64,000 bases of DNA from a virus: IMG/VR virus record IMGVR_UViG_3300045988_114702; one strand, given 5' to 3'. This document shows positions 42,498 to 52,107 of this stretch, one piece after another; the first letter of the stretch is position 1; each line of letters begins with the position of its first letter. Position numbers and translations under genes: made by a program. The notes under the pieces were generated by a model that saw only the letters and a list, made by a program, of their open reading frames with translations, made no database searches and was not told the origin of the DNA.

Positions 42498-43394
42498 CTA
42501 TTTCACCTCCACAAATTGCCCAACGCATTGCCAATCGTCGCCCTCCGTATCGCCAATGAACCTGATTTTTGACGCCCGGTAGTTTCCCTTATCCTCTCGG
42601 GATTCTACTTTCACATAATCGTCAATCTGAATATGGCCATTCAGGCAATACGTAACCTCAATGCCTTTCTTGGCCTTTCTTTTGGTCGTATTGGAACTCG
42701 CGTTCTTACTCGTTGAAGATTTGCTGCTGGTCGATGCGGATTCAAAGAAAGGCTTCGGTGAACCGATCATGCCGGAATCGGCCGAAAGGACATAAGCCGC
42801 CATCGTTAGCGGTTCATCCAGTGCGCATATCTGAATAATACCATTCTGAACACTCCAGCGAAGTTTGCTTCTGTCGCACAGCCGCCCGATAAGCGTCTTT
42901 CCTGTGCCAACAAAAGCAAAATTCTTAAAGTCGATCATTTTGGCCTTGGGGGAAAGTTTGACTTCACATCCCATTTCCTGGGCAACATCCCTGACGATTT
43001 TTTCTCCGTTCACAACGCCCGAATAACTCAGGCTCACCGTTGTATCTCGTGCGGATGTAAAGCTGTCCACAAACTCAATTGTGGTCTGCCGGTTCGCTCC
43101 GTTTGTTTCCGTTTCAAAGCACGTCAAAGAACCGCCCATAATAACGGGCAGGTCATCACCATATCCAGCGCGCAGCTCAATCAGGCAATCTTCCTGCTCC
43201 AAAAGGCGCAAGGTTTCATCTGCCAGATTCCAAAGTGTGATTTTCCCCGTATTAGAACTTGAACTATCACCAATTTCACAGGAAAAGGAACATCGGATAG
43301 CCCTCTTCGTTTTTTCGTTGGGTTTTCCGATTTCACGACCGACAGAATTATTTTTCCCAATTCTTACTCGGTACTGTCTATCCCAGATATCCAT
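42498..43394 (-). CDS. Tail/baseplate hub protein (gpD/XkdQ-like)
   Basis: 298 aa. Call based on position between the tape measure and the spike. Confidence 0.4.
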   Translation of the reverse strand: MDIWDRQYRVRIGKNNSVGREIGKPNEKTKRAIRCSFSCEIGDSSSSNTGKITLWNLADETLRLLEQEDCLIELRAGYGDDLPVIMGGSLTCFETETNGANRQTTIEFVDSFTSARDTTVSLSYSGVVNGEKIVRDVAQEMGCEVKLSPKAKMIDFKNFAFVGTGKTLIGRLCDRSKLRWSVQNGIIQICALDEPLTMAAYVLSADSGMIGSPKPFFESASTSSKSSTSKNASSNTTKRKAKKGIEVTYCLNGHIQIDDYVKVESREDKGNYRASKIRFIGDTEGDDWQCVGQFVEVK

Positions 43395-43397
43395 CTG

Positions 43398-43730
43398 TCA
43401 CACTCCAAGCTGTCTTGCAGGAAGGTATAGCAGTTTCGCCTTTCCGTCCACAAAATCGTTGCGGCCAATTGTTTCCTGCTCCGTTTCAACGCCAAGGACG
43501 CCCGGCGGGCCTCCTTGGGTTTGATAGTAGAAATTCCAAATTGTCCCCGGCACGAGCCTCGCCATGCCGAGGATAATATTCATTTCTGCATCGTAGATGC
43601 TAAGCATCCAAAAACCGCCGTATGCGTTCCATGTCAGCCGAAGATTGTAATATACTTCGTCAAGGTTCACGCGCATAATGGAATCGTTTCGGTCTGGTAC
43701 AGAGATCTCATAGTATTCCAAATCCATCAT
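43398..43730 (-). CDS. Hypothetical tail protein (110 aa)
   Basis: ORF in the tail operon. Confidence 0.4.
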   Translation of the reverse strand: MMDLEYYEISVPDRNDSIMRVNLDEVYYNLRLTWNAYGGFWMLSIYDAEMNIILGMARLVPGTIWNFYYQTQGGPPGVLGVETEQETIGRNDFVDGKAKLLYLPARQLGV

Positions 43731-43737
43731 CTATACC

Positions 43738-44301
43738 TCACTTAAACAATCCAATGGCTTTTGCCCCAGAACAAAGAATGCTGCTGCGGGAAGAAGATTT
43801 TCCGCTATCGGAAGATTTTGCTGTGGAGGTGCTCTTCTGGCTCGCGCCAGTATTCTTTTTAGACGTTCCCCCTCGAGCATACTTTATGCTGATATTGGCA
43901 GTTTCTGTCGAATTGATAGACACCTGCTTCAACTTCAGTTCAATACGCTCGCTGTTGCTTTCCTCTTTGGGGAACGTCACACTTTCGATGCAGACGTTCT
44001 CATAGCTATCGCCTCCGGCCGTAAAGGTCATTGGCATTCTTTTTTCCCACAGCTGACGCAGTTCTTCTACTGCGCTTTGCACCCGGCTCGATGATGCCGG
44101 GTGCCGGTCCGCCCATGTAATCGGCGCGTTAGAAATCACAGCTGTGACATCAAGCGTCACCGCTTCCAGACAGATGTGGTCACTGGCGCTATATCCTTCT
44201 TCCGTTGCATAGCCCGGGATCTTGCTGGACAATGTTTCCGGGCGTTTGATGATAGCGTCAAACTCAAAATCTCCAAGTCGAGCGGGCTGTGTCGCTTCCA
44301 T
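43738..44301 (-). CDS. Hypothetical tail protein with Ser-rich tail (187 aa)
   Basis: ORF directly downstream of the tape measure gene. Confidence 0.4.
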   Translation of the reverse strand: MEATQPARLGDFEFDAIIKRPETLSSKIPGYATEEGYSASDHICLEAVTLDVTAVISNAPITWADRHPASSSRVQSAVEELRQLWEKRMPMTFTAGGDSYENVCIESVTFPKEESNSERIELKLKQVSINSTETANISIKYARGGTSKKNTGASQKSTSTAKSSDSGKSSSRSSILCSGAKAIGLFK

Positions 44302-44307
44302 CAGGCA

Positions 44308-46242
44308 TCACCTCCCGTAATTAAGCGCATGCGCCAAATCTTTCGTAGATTGCGAGGACTGCGAACTCACGGTAGACTGCAGTTTGGATGCGGCATTGCG
44401 ATCAGACACTTGGAACGTGTAGCTTTGTCGGTTTTCCTGTTTTACAGTGATGTTTTTGGTGTTCGTGGTTTGAGCAATCGGCCGCTGTGATGCCGTTGTT
44501 GTAGACACCGGCCTTCCTCCCGAAATAAACGCGCTGGCGGCGTTTCTGCTTGCAGCAGTACTCCCAGAAGAAGTCTGCACCCCTGTCGGCGAATTTCCAC
44601 TGCTTGTGCGGCCGCTGCCGCCAGAGGGCTTCCCGCCTCCCATACCGCTAAAGCCAGACGGGTTCTTGTCAGAACCGTCCCCTCCATCAGAATCATCGGA
44701 GCCATCGTCGTTTCCGCCGGTAAAGAAATTCTTCACGCCGTTCCACAGGTTCTTGGCCCAGGTGATTTTATCGCCGAACCAGTCAAAGAATCCCTTCAGC
44801 CAATCCCAGATTGCCTGTGCGCTTTCTTTCAGCGGTTCCCAGGTTTCGCCAAAAGCAGCCCGTCCCAGGCCATTCAGGATGTCAAGAAAATCCTGCCACA
44901 GTTCCTTGCAGCCGGTCAGGAATTGCGTCCAATCACCGGTCTGAAAGCCTGTAATCAAGCCAGCCAGAAGATCAAACAGGTGCCCGCCCAGCGTGATGAT
45001 GTCTGCGGTCAGGTCAACCAGTCCTTGCCACAGGGCTTGCAAGACAACTAGAATCGTGCCTTTGTGCTCCTCCCAGAACTGACCCAGTGAATCAAGAGCA
45101 TCTCGGCCAAATTGCTTTGCTCCCTCAAAGAATGCGCTGATTTTCTCTCGCAATGCATCAACGTCAACACCAGCTTCGCTCAGGAGCCGGCCAAAGACGC
45201 TGTCGCCGCCTTGCAGGAAGGTGAAAACATCTTCCAGCACAAGGAACAGCAAAAGCCATTTTGCGGCCGCAAGGGCAGTTTGCAGATTAAATCCTTGCAG
45301 GAGTTTCACCGCGCCTGCCAAAAAAGACAGAATCTTGCTTCCATTGGTGGCAAGGAATAGAGCCGTTGCGACCATCACGATCAGCTTCAGCAGCTGTTCC
45401 ACGCCGCCAAGTTTCTCGGCAATATTTTTCAGCCACGAAGTCAGCCGTTGTGCTTTTCCTATCAGGAAATCGCTTATGGTTTTTATTGTTTTGCCAATAC
45501 TGGTTGTGATGCCAAGCATGTCATCTGCGCCTGCAAGCCAAAGCCCCCACTGATTTCTGACATAAGTAAGAGCGTCCCCGATGCCGAAACCGAGTTCATT
45601 AAAGTTCTTTTGAATGTCGCTTTCCGCCGCAAAGAACGCTTCTTTCAGTTGCTTTGCGGAAAGTTTTCCGCTCTCTGCCAGATTTTGGAGTTGCTTTTCG
45701 GACACTCCCATTGCAGACGAAATGGCTTTCACCACCTCTGGGGCAGCTGTTTTTAAGTTGGAAAAGCTAGATTTGTCCAGCTTGCCCGAAGACATAGCCT
45801 TTTGCAGTACACTCATGGTGTTGTCAAGATTTGCTTCTCTGCCGGAGCCTTTTTCCAGCTTTTCGACAAGCGAAACAAACTTCACAGCATCATCAACTGG
45901 GAACAGCTTACTGTTCAGCTGCACCAGCTTTGTCACATCTCCGGCCATGACCCCGTATTCTTCACGGCAATCCTGAGCCCCTTTCAGAATCTTCTGCTGG
46001 ATATCCGCTTGGTCTCCCATCTCGCGGGTTGCCCCGCGGATGGTATCGTTGATACTGCCAAATTCCTCTGCAAGACTAGCAAGCTTAGTAAAGGAAAAGC
46101 CGATGCCGATTGCGCCAAGTGCTTTAGCTGCAAAGCCTTTTACTTCGTTGATAGCGCTTTTTGCGTCATCAACAGAGCTTTTATCGACCTTGAACAGAAT
46201 TTGATTGACGAACTTTCCGATTACAGTTTCCTTCGCCGCCAC
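44308..46242 (-). CDS. Tail tape measure protein
   Basis: 644 aa, helical, with hydrophobic central segments and a Gly/Ser-rich C-terminal region. GTG start directly after the chaperone region. Confidence 0.75.
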   Translation of the reverse strand: MAAKETVIGKFVNQILFKVDKSSVDDAKSAINEVKGFAAKALGAIGIGFSFTKLASLAEEFGSINDTIRGATREMGDQADIQQKILKGAQDCREEYGVMAGDVTKLVQLNSKLFPVDDAVKFVSLVEKLEKGSGREANLDNTMSVLQKAMSSGKLDKSSFSNLKTAAPEVVKAISSAMGVSEKQLQNLAESGKLSAKQLKEAFFAAESDIQKNFNELGFGIGDALTYVRNQWGLWLAGADDMLGITTSIGKTIKTISDFLIGKAQRLTSWLKNIAEKLGGVEQLLKLIVMVATALFLATNGSKILSFLAGAVKLLQGFNLQTALAAAKWLLLFLVLEDVFTFLQGGDSVFGRLLSEAGVDVDALREKISAFFEGAKQFGRDALDSLGQFWEEHKGTILVVLQALWQGLVDLTADIITLGGHLFDLLAGLITGFQTGDWTQFLTGCKELWQDFLDILNGLGRAAFGETWEPLKESAQAIWDWLKGFFDWFGDKITWAKNLWNGVKNFFTGGNDDGSDDSDGGDGSDKNPSGFSGMGGGKPSGGSGRTSSGNSPTGVQTSSGSTAASRNAASAFISGGRPVSTTTASQRPIAQTTNTKNITVKQENRQSYTFQVSDRNAASKLQSTVSSQSSQSTKDLAHALNYGR

Positions 46243-46509
46243 TTATGTATCCCCCCTTCTGTCCTCTTGGCTTTTGGCGTACTCAATGTCCCGCTGCATC
46301 ATAATCAGGTCGTAGAGTTTTAGCATTTCATCCAGATTATAAACATAGGTCAGTTCGTACATCGAAGCCACCCGCTCACGAATCAGGGTATACATAATCC
46401 ATTCAAGGTTCGTTACTCTGTCGTTGTCGAACTCTCCGTATTGTTCGAGCTGCCCGCATGGCGCACTTTGAAAAGGCGTCCAAAGAGGGTGCTCGCATCG
46501 CTGAAAAAA
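46243..46509 (-). CDS. -1 frame extension of the tail assembly chaperone (gpGT-like product)
   Basis: The -1 frame is open without stops from the slippery site to a TAA at 46243-46245. Confidence 0.45.
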   Translation of the reverse strand, partial: FFQRCEHPLWTPFQSAPCGQLEQYGEFDNDRVTNLEWIMYTLIRERVASMYELTYVYNLDEMLKLYDLIMMQRDIEYAKSQEDRRGDT

Positions 46510-46928
46510 CCGCTGAAGTTCAGACGGATAACTTCAGCGCAAAGGATAAGCATACCAGCAAGGTACTGACAGAAGATTTCGTCATAAGCATCTTCATTCA
46601 TAACTTCATAAACCCCATTTTCGGGATTCAGAACGCGCACATTGCTGTGGCTCAGCAGAAGTTCATTTACCAGCTTACTCAATGTTCTTCCATCAATGCG
46701 GCCAAGCGCCTTGACCAGCGAATCCTTGTCCATGTCCATCCCGTCAAACATTTCCATGTGAATGGCATCCTTATCGTTGCTTGCAACCGAAACGGTGCCC
46801 AGGATAGGCAGGATGATGGATGCGACATCGCCAAAGATGTAGGTAGCATCCCTTGCGCCAAACGGGCGAATCTTAAACTGGTATTCACCAACCGTAATGT
46901 CGCGCATTTCCATGCGTTTCATTTTCAT
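46413..46928 (-). CDS. Tail assembly chaperone (gpG-like)
   Basis: ATG at 46928 follows AAAGGAAGGAA. Lies between the tube and tape measure genes. Confidence 0.55.
   Translation of the reverse strand: MKMKRMEMRDITVGEYQFKIRPFGARDATYIFGDVASIILPILGTVSVASNDKDAIHMEMFDGMDMDKDSLVKALGRIDGRTLSKLVNELLLSHSNVRVLNPENGVYEVMNEDAYDEIFCQYLAGMLILCAEVIRLNFSGFFSDASTLFGRLFKVRHAGSSNNTESSTTTE
46503..46509 (-). promoter_or_regulatory. Slippery heptamer T TTT TTC (programmed -1 frameshift site)
   Basis: In-frame X XXY YYZ arrangement (ggT TTT TTC) within the chaperone gene. Confidence 0.5.
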
Positions 46929-46944
46929 ATCAGGTTCCTTCCTT

Positions 46945-47370
46945 TCAGTTCTTCGGTTCCATCTTACCAACAGCCCGCAGCGTCCACTCCTGGCTCTGGC
47001 CGGTCTTGCCATAAGCACACGGGGCAGGCTTGGAAACCCATGCCTTGGACGCTGTGAAGTCCGGGTTAGAGCCCAGATCCTTGACCTGCATATTGAAAAG
47101 GCCGTTGCCCGGGGTCTGCTTGTTATTGTTGTACTGCTTCAGCAGCCAGTTGTTTGTTTTGGAACCGTACTGCAGGACCAGCTTGATTTCGTAGCGAGGA
47201 TCATCCGGAATCGAAATGACCACTTCGCCATCTGCGCCGGCTTCATCTGTCACACCATCGCCCTGCGGAGTGATGGTGATAAAACCATCTTCCGTAAAGC
47301 CCGATGCGATATGAATGCCCATAGTGCATAAAACGTTTTTCGGGGAATAGACAGTTACATCTCCACGCAT
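46945..47370 (-). CDS. Tail tube protein (DUF3277-like)
   Basis: 141 aa. VYSPKNVLCTMGIHIASGFTEDGFITITPQGD pattern. Follows the sheath-like gene. Confidence 0.55.
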   Translation of the reverse strand: MRGDVTVYSPKNVLCTMGIHIASGFTEDGFITITPQGDGVTDEAGADGEVVISIPDDPRYEIKLVLQYGSKTNNWLLKQYNNNKQTPGNGLFNMQVKDLGSNPDFTASKAWVSKPAPCAYGKTGQSQEWTLRAVGKMEPKN

Positions 47371-47387
47371 TTAGCGGTGCTCCTTTC

Positions 47388-48431
47388 TCAGTAATTCAGT
47401 GTGCCGCCAATTTTTGCGGCGATCAGTGCGCCCGCCAGCTGCGCAGTCCACGTCACACCGGTAAGGCGGCGGCTCTTGCGGGTTGCGGCATCCAGGTCGG
47501 CCGCACGCGGCACCGTGACAGTATAGGCGCGGGATGCTTCTCCATCATCAGAGGAAGCATCCTGCACAATGCCACCAGCACGCACGCCCTCTTCCAGGGC
47601 ATCAATAACAGCATTCTGTACCAGCGCGATGCCCTGGTCGGTGTAGGGCACCTTGGGCAGTCCTAGGAGCAGGTTCAGCACCTTGGACTGAATCTCGGTC
47701 TTCAGCCAGTCACGGAAGCGGATGGTGTCAATCCATTCGCCGCCGCTCACCTTGCCGCCCTGCACCATGGCCTTGCTGCCAACGGTCGTATAGTACGAAA
47801 TATTGCGTGCTTCCAGGCTTGCAATATCCGTAGTGGACAGACCCTGCGCAGACACCATGGAAAGCGACTTGAAGCACCACTGCTCACTGCCCGGGTCATA
47901 GGAAAGGAACCGGGCAGCGTAGGCGCAGTTCACACAGTCATTCTCTGCGGTCGCATGAATCACTGCGGTGCGCAGCATAGCATCCGATACCGGAGAGGAC
48001 GAAATACCAGTAGTTTCGCAGACGCAGAGTTTTTCATTTGCTTCTGTCCAGTCCGCGATGCTCTGGTAAAAGTCCTCCTTGATGCCCGCCGGGCAGATGC
48101 AGTACCAGCCCGGCATACCAATGGCCCGGTCAAGGGTCACATCCACCTTTTCGGTGGAACCGCTGGACAACTTCTGCACCGCAATCATGACTGCAGGCGG
48201 CTTCGGCGACTGGCCAAACACCTTGCTGGCCGCGATGTACACAGGATCATCAGACGTAAAGCCGGCCCCTTTGAGGTCCTGCAGACTGGCATAGCCCGCC
48301 ACATCAGGCGTAACACGACCGCCGGGCGTTTTCGGCAGCGGGCCCATGATAAGAATGGTATCGTAGCCGCCATCGATGGACATCGCCTCAGAAATCTGGA
48401 TATTGACCTCAACGATTTTGTCGATATTCAC
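47388..48431 (-). CDS. Tail sheath-like / major tail protein (DUF3383-like)
   Basis: 347 aa. The N-terminus reads IVEVNIQISEAMSIDGGYDTILIMGP. Paired with the DUF3277-like tube gene. Confidence 0.55.
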   Translation of the reverse strand: MNIDKIVEVNIQISEAMSIDGGYDTILIMGPLPKTPGGRVTPDVAGYASLQDLKGAGFTSDDPVYIAASKVFGQSPKPPAVMIAVQKLSSGSTEKVDVTLDRAIGMPGWYCICPAGIKEDFYQSIADWTEANEKLCVCETTGISSSPVSDAMLRTAVIHATAENDCVNCAYAARFLSYDPGSEQWCFKSLSMVSAQGLSTTDIASLEARNISYYTTVGSKAMVQGGKVSGGEWIDTIRFRDWLKTEIQSKVLNLLLGLPKVPYTDQGIALVQNAVIDALEEGVRAGGIVQDASSDDGEASRAYTVTVPRAADLDAATRKSRRLTGVTWTAQLAGALIAAKIGGTLNY

Positions 48432-48446
48432 GTTGCTTTCACTCCT

Positions 48447-49037
48447 TTACTCATCTTCAAATTTCTTCTCGACTTCAACCTCATCAAACCATCCGGCTTT
48501 CATGTCCGCGACCGTTTTGGATGCCGCGCTGGCATGGTCTTCCGAATATTCTCCGTCAGCCGGAGCCAAAGCAGCGTACTCCTTCGTACTCTGCACAAAG
48601 TCCACATAAAAGGAACAGCGCGCCCTCTCTACGCCGGGCGCGCTGTTGTGGATTGCTTCAGGTGATCCGTCTGCGCATACCGTGATGTTCATGGCGCGCA
48701 TTTTGTCACCCGCGTATTGGCTGTCAAAGAACTGAACAGCCTGCTCAAGGTCATCTACGGCCGTTGACAAACCAACCTTTTTCACCCCGGCGGCGTGCTC
48801 TGTCTTGCTCTCGGTGACCAGTTCAGCAGAAAACGGAATGTGCTTGCTTTTTTCCTGCCAAAGAATACCGTCCTCGATACGCTCAAACGAACCAACCTGG
48901 TCGATGCGTTCAAAATCCAGAACGACATACGGGAGTGGTGGGCGCACGGAATTGGGATAGCTGTAAATCACCGTGCAATGGGGGTACAGTTCCACAAACA
49001 TGAGCCGAACCTTCTCACGACACTCAGCTGGTGTCAT
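48447..49037 (-). CDS. Neck/tail-completion protein (hypothetical)
   Basis: ATG at 49037 follows AAAGGGGAGAA. Confidence 0.4.
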   Translation of the reverse strand: MTPAECREKVRLMFVELYPHCTVIYSYPNSVRPPLPYVVLDFERIDQVGSFERIEDGILWQEKSKHIPFSAELVTESKTEHAAGVKKVGLSTAVDDLEQAVQFFDSQYAGDKMRAMNITVCADGSPEAIHNSAPGVERARCSFYVDFVQSTKEYAALAPADGEYSEDHASAASKTVADMKAGWFDEVEVEKKFEDE

Positions 49038-49386
49038 TGGCGTTCTCCCCTTTCTCGCCCTCAACGGCTTCAAACTCCGATATCCAGTGCTTCAGGATTG
49101 TATTTCCCCAGTAGATGGACGATTTACAGGCGTACCACTGCCCCATGTAAAGCAGGCGGTCACCGGTCATTTGCTTATCCGGTTCCGTAGGAAAAAGCTG
49201 GACATCGCTATACACGGTCAGAATGCCGGTCGTAGAACGGCCGGAAGCATCATCCTGATTGCGGCGCGTTTTGGCCTGTACATCAAGCGGAAGCTGCATA
49301 TCCGAGTAAGTTGTTTCGGCCGTGCCACTGTCCCACCTGGTGCCCTTATAGCGGCGCACGGTGTACATCTGCTTAAAGATGTTCAT
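49024..49386 (-). CDS. Hypothetical head-tail joining protein (120 aa)
   Basis: ORF in the neck module. Confidence 0.4.
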   Translation of the reverse strand: MNIFKQMYTVRRYKGTRWDSGTAETTYSDMQLPLDVQAKTRRNQDDASGRSTTGILTVYSDVQLFPTEPDKQMTGDRLLYMGQWYACKSSIYWGNTILKHWISEFEAVEGEKGENANDTS

Positions 49387-49913
49387 TTCTTTCCTTTCGT
49401 GATAACGTACTGGCAGTTCTGACGCAAAGCACCCGTATCAATCAGGGGTTTCGTGGAACTTTTGCCCTCAATATGTACAGGCACCGGGCCTTTCTTTCCG
49501 TATTCATTCATCATCCAGCCGCCCTCGATGGTAATGGGTGCATTGGGGGCCCATTCCTCATCCTTGATTGCATCCTGAATCATGGACTTTGCCTGCGAAC
49601 CTATCGCATTGGCAACTTCATCAGCTGTTTCCAGAGAGGACAATGCCTGCTGCGAAAACTCTGACAGTTCTTCCGAGTGCTTCTTAATGGTGTCCATAAA
49701 AGGGCGGGCTGGAATCATCACAGAACCATCTTTGTGGAGGGTTCCGTAGTGGTTCCAGTAGGCAACCTCGGCCAGCGATGTTTCATCGTCAGCCGCCTTT
49801 TGATCCGCCTGATACCCAACCTCTATGGTCACATCGGCCAGTTCATTCAGGCGTTCCATCGCCGCTCTGCCCTCCGGGGTCAGGTCAAGACCAATGTCTC
49901 CAACTACCGCCAT
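49383..49913 (-). CDS. HK97 gp10-like head-tail joining protein
   Basis: The C-terminal KPLIDTGALRQN motif is typical of the gp10 family. Confidence 0.5.
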   Translation of the reverse strand: MAVVGDIGLDLTPEGRAAMERLNELADVTIEVGYQADQKAADDETSLAEVAYWNHYGTLHKDGSVMIPARPFMDTIKKHSEELSEFSQQALSSLETADEVANAIGSQAKSMIQDAIKDEEWAPNAPITIEGGWMMNEYGKKGPVPVHIEGKSSTKPLIDTGALRQNCQYVITKGKK

Positions 49914-49926
49914 AGGGTGGGCCTCC

Positions 49927-50310
49927 TTATCGAATCATGATGGGCACGATATGTCGGTTTCGAACCGAAATAAACTGCAAGCCGTAGGAAGTAAGCTGAT
50001 ATTCAGCATCTCCGGTAGTCCCGGCAGTGCTAGTAGCAAAGGAAATGCTCACTCCACCTTCGGATACGCTGGCAAGCCGCCCGGTGTTCGCAATGGTTCC
50101 AAGAGAACTGTCACCATTGCCTGCCATTTTCATAGCATGACACACCAAAAGCGCCACAGCCAGATTATAGTCCGCTCCAAATTTTTTCTGCGAAATAACC
50201 GGTGCTTGCAGACCAATCCAGAACGAAATGTCTTCGTCCGACATGGTCTTAAACTCGGTGCCCACCATCTTTACGATTTTGGTAATGGCAGCGATATCAG
50301 GCGCATCCAT
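49927..50310 (-). CDS. DUF4054-like head-tail adaptor
   Basis: 127 aa. The ISFWIGLQAPVISQKKFGADYNLAVALLVCHAM pattern resembles DUF4054. Confidence 0.5.
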   Translation of the reverse strand: MDAPDIAAITKIVKMVGTEFKTMSDEDISFWIGLQAPVISQKKFGADYNLAVALLVCHAMKMAGNGDSSLGTIANTGRLASVSEGGVSISFATSTAGTTGDAEYQLTSYGLQFISVRNRHIVPIMIR

Positions 50311-50522
50311 CAGGACTCAGCCTCTGCCGAAGCATCGGAAGCGGGCTCCGGCTCAGCCTTGGCCTTGCGTGCCTTCTTCTCCTGTACCTCCTGCACATAG
50401 CCCATATCAATGTAGAAAGGCACCGCATCCTCACAGGCTGCGTCAATGTCCGCGGTATCGCCCGGCAGCAAGGACACGCCGCCGATGCAGATAGGCTTTA
50501 CAGAAATGTTTTTGATCTTCAT
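50310..50522 (-). CDS. Hypothetical head protein (70 aa)
   Basis: ORF directly downstream of the capsid gene. Confidence 0.4.
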   Translation of the reverse strand: MKIKNISVKPICIGGVSLLPGDTADIDAACEDAVPFYIDMGYVQEVQEKKARKAKAEPEPASDASAEAES

Positions 50523-50537
50523 GATGTTGCTCCTTTC

Positions 50538-51602
50538 TTACAGGCCATAGACCAGGCAGGCAGACAGAGGATAAGGAATAGCCATGCCTGCATCGCGCCC
50601 TTCGCAGTTGATGACAATTTCCAGATTACGATCCTGCGGCGCGTGCTGCAGGAATGCCATAGGCACATCATGGTACATCTTTTCAGCGTCCTTGGTGTAC
50701 AGCAGGCCGATGTTCTTACCCGTGGTGTTGTAGTCCGTATTGCCCTTGGACAGTTCGCCAGCAACCTCCCAGTTGGTAATCTGGGGAGTATGGTCCTTGA
50801 TGTAGGACAGCACAGATTCACCGGTGCCATCAATGCGGCGCAGGTTCAGGCTGGTGTAGAGGTCATTGGGCATGACCCAGGAATCCGGGTGCTCCACACT
50901 CTGGGTCAGGGTGTCAATGTAGTTCAGAATGCCGGCAATGTCTGCGGCGATTTCATCGGCCGTTTTGCTTGCCCAGTCAGACTTGCCGCTGGCACCGTTC
51001 TGGAGGGTGTAGATGGGGATATTATTGTCGGAGGACAGCACGCCGATGATGCCGGTCTTTGCATCGCCGTTCCAGATCAGGTGATTCACCTTCACATCAT
51101 ACACGCGGCGGGCGGCTTCTGCACGGGCGGAGTCCAGAGACTTCATGATGCCCAGAACGGCATTGCGGCGGCAGGCGCGCAGTTCCTGCACATTGTAACC
51201 GTAGCTGTCACCGATGTTGACGATTTCAGCACGATGGGGAGTGCCCTTCACATCAACGCGGGGCAGGTCTGAAGCATAGTTGGCGATGATGTCAGCAAAG
51301 CCCACAGGCTCATAGGAGTAGTACTCGATGTAGGCCGCGCCCTCATCGGTATCGCTGGTCTGCGGGAAGATTTTCAGGCCAGACAGTTCCGGAAACTCCT
51401 TGTCATACGCCTTGGTCTTAACGTGAGCCAGCTGCTTGGCAAAGAAGATGCCTGCATTGTCAGCGGCATCCAGACGAAGCGCTGCGCCAGGGAAAGGATT
51501 CTTATACGCCTGATTGATAAGCGAAGAGCATTTGCCGGACAGGGCAACGCGGTCTTCCTCGCTGTAGCCATTGGCGGGGTCAAAGGGATTAAACTTAGCC
51601 AT
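50538..51602 (-). CDS. Major capsid protein (DUF2184-like)
   Basis: 354 aa. The N-terminus reads MAKFNPFDPANGYSEED...FFAKQLAHVKTKAYDKEFPEL. Flanked by the scaffold and decoration genes. Confidence 0.7.
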   Translation of the reverse strand: MAKFNPFDPANGYSEEDRVALSGKCSSLINQAYKNPFPGAALRLDAADNAGIFFAKQLAHVKTKAYDKEFPELSGLKIFPQTSDTDEGAAYIEYYSYEPVGFADIIANYASDLPRVDVKGTPHRAEIVNIGDSYGYNVQELRACRRNAVLGIMKSLDSARAEAARRVYDVKVNHLIWNGDAKTGIIGVLSSDNNIPIYTLQNGASGKSDWASKTADEIAADIAGILNYIDTLTQSVEHPDSWVMPNDLYTSLNLRRIDGTGESVLSYIKDHTPQITNWEVAGELSKGNTDYNTTGKNIGLLYTKDAEKMYHDVPMAFLQHAPQDRNLEIVINCEGRDAGMAIPYPLSACLVYGL

Positions 51603-51615
51603 AGGTTATACCTCC

Positions 51616-52104
51616 TTAGAGCTGCTCTACGAACTGGGCGGGTGCGATGCCGTTCTGTGCCGCACCGATGAAGCGGGCCTTAACGGCCAGGTTGGTGCCC
51701 TTGATCGGAGTGAACTTGCCGGCATCATCACCGGTAATCACCAGATACACCGGCTGGCCATAGGCGGGTTCCACAGAATCAACCAGCTGCACCCACAGCT
51801 TGCCGGACTGGCAAACGTCCAGGATCTGGCCCTTGCGCAGGAGCACGGCACCATCATCGTCCATTTCGGTATTGGCGCTGTACATCACAACGCCTTCAAA
51901 CTTATCGGCAGTTGCGCCGGTAGCCGGCAGGGCAATATCCTTGCCCGGCTCGGTGCCCTGCACAACGCCGCAGCCGAAGAACAGCTTGCCATCCTCTGCA
52001 CCATTCCGGCGGGTGACTGCATCGTAATTCGCACGGTCATAAAGCAGGCCGGGCATACCGCGGCTAGGCTCGCCGTAGTTCATCTGTACTGCCATATTGC
52101 TCAT
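51616..52104 (-). CDS. Putative capsid decoration/cement protein
   Basis: 162-aa beta-rich ORF between the scaffold and capsid genes. Confidence 0.4.
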   Translation of the reverse strand: MSNMAVQMNYGEPSRGMPGLLYDRANYDAVTRRNGAEDGKLFFGCGVVQGTEPGKDIALPATGATADKFEGVVMYSANTEMDDDGAVLLRKGQILDVCQSGKLWVQLVDSVEPAYGQPVYLVITGDDAGKFTPIKGTNLAVKARFIGAAQNGIAPAQFVEQL

Positions 52105-52107
52105 AGC

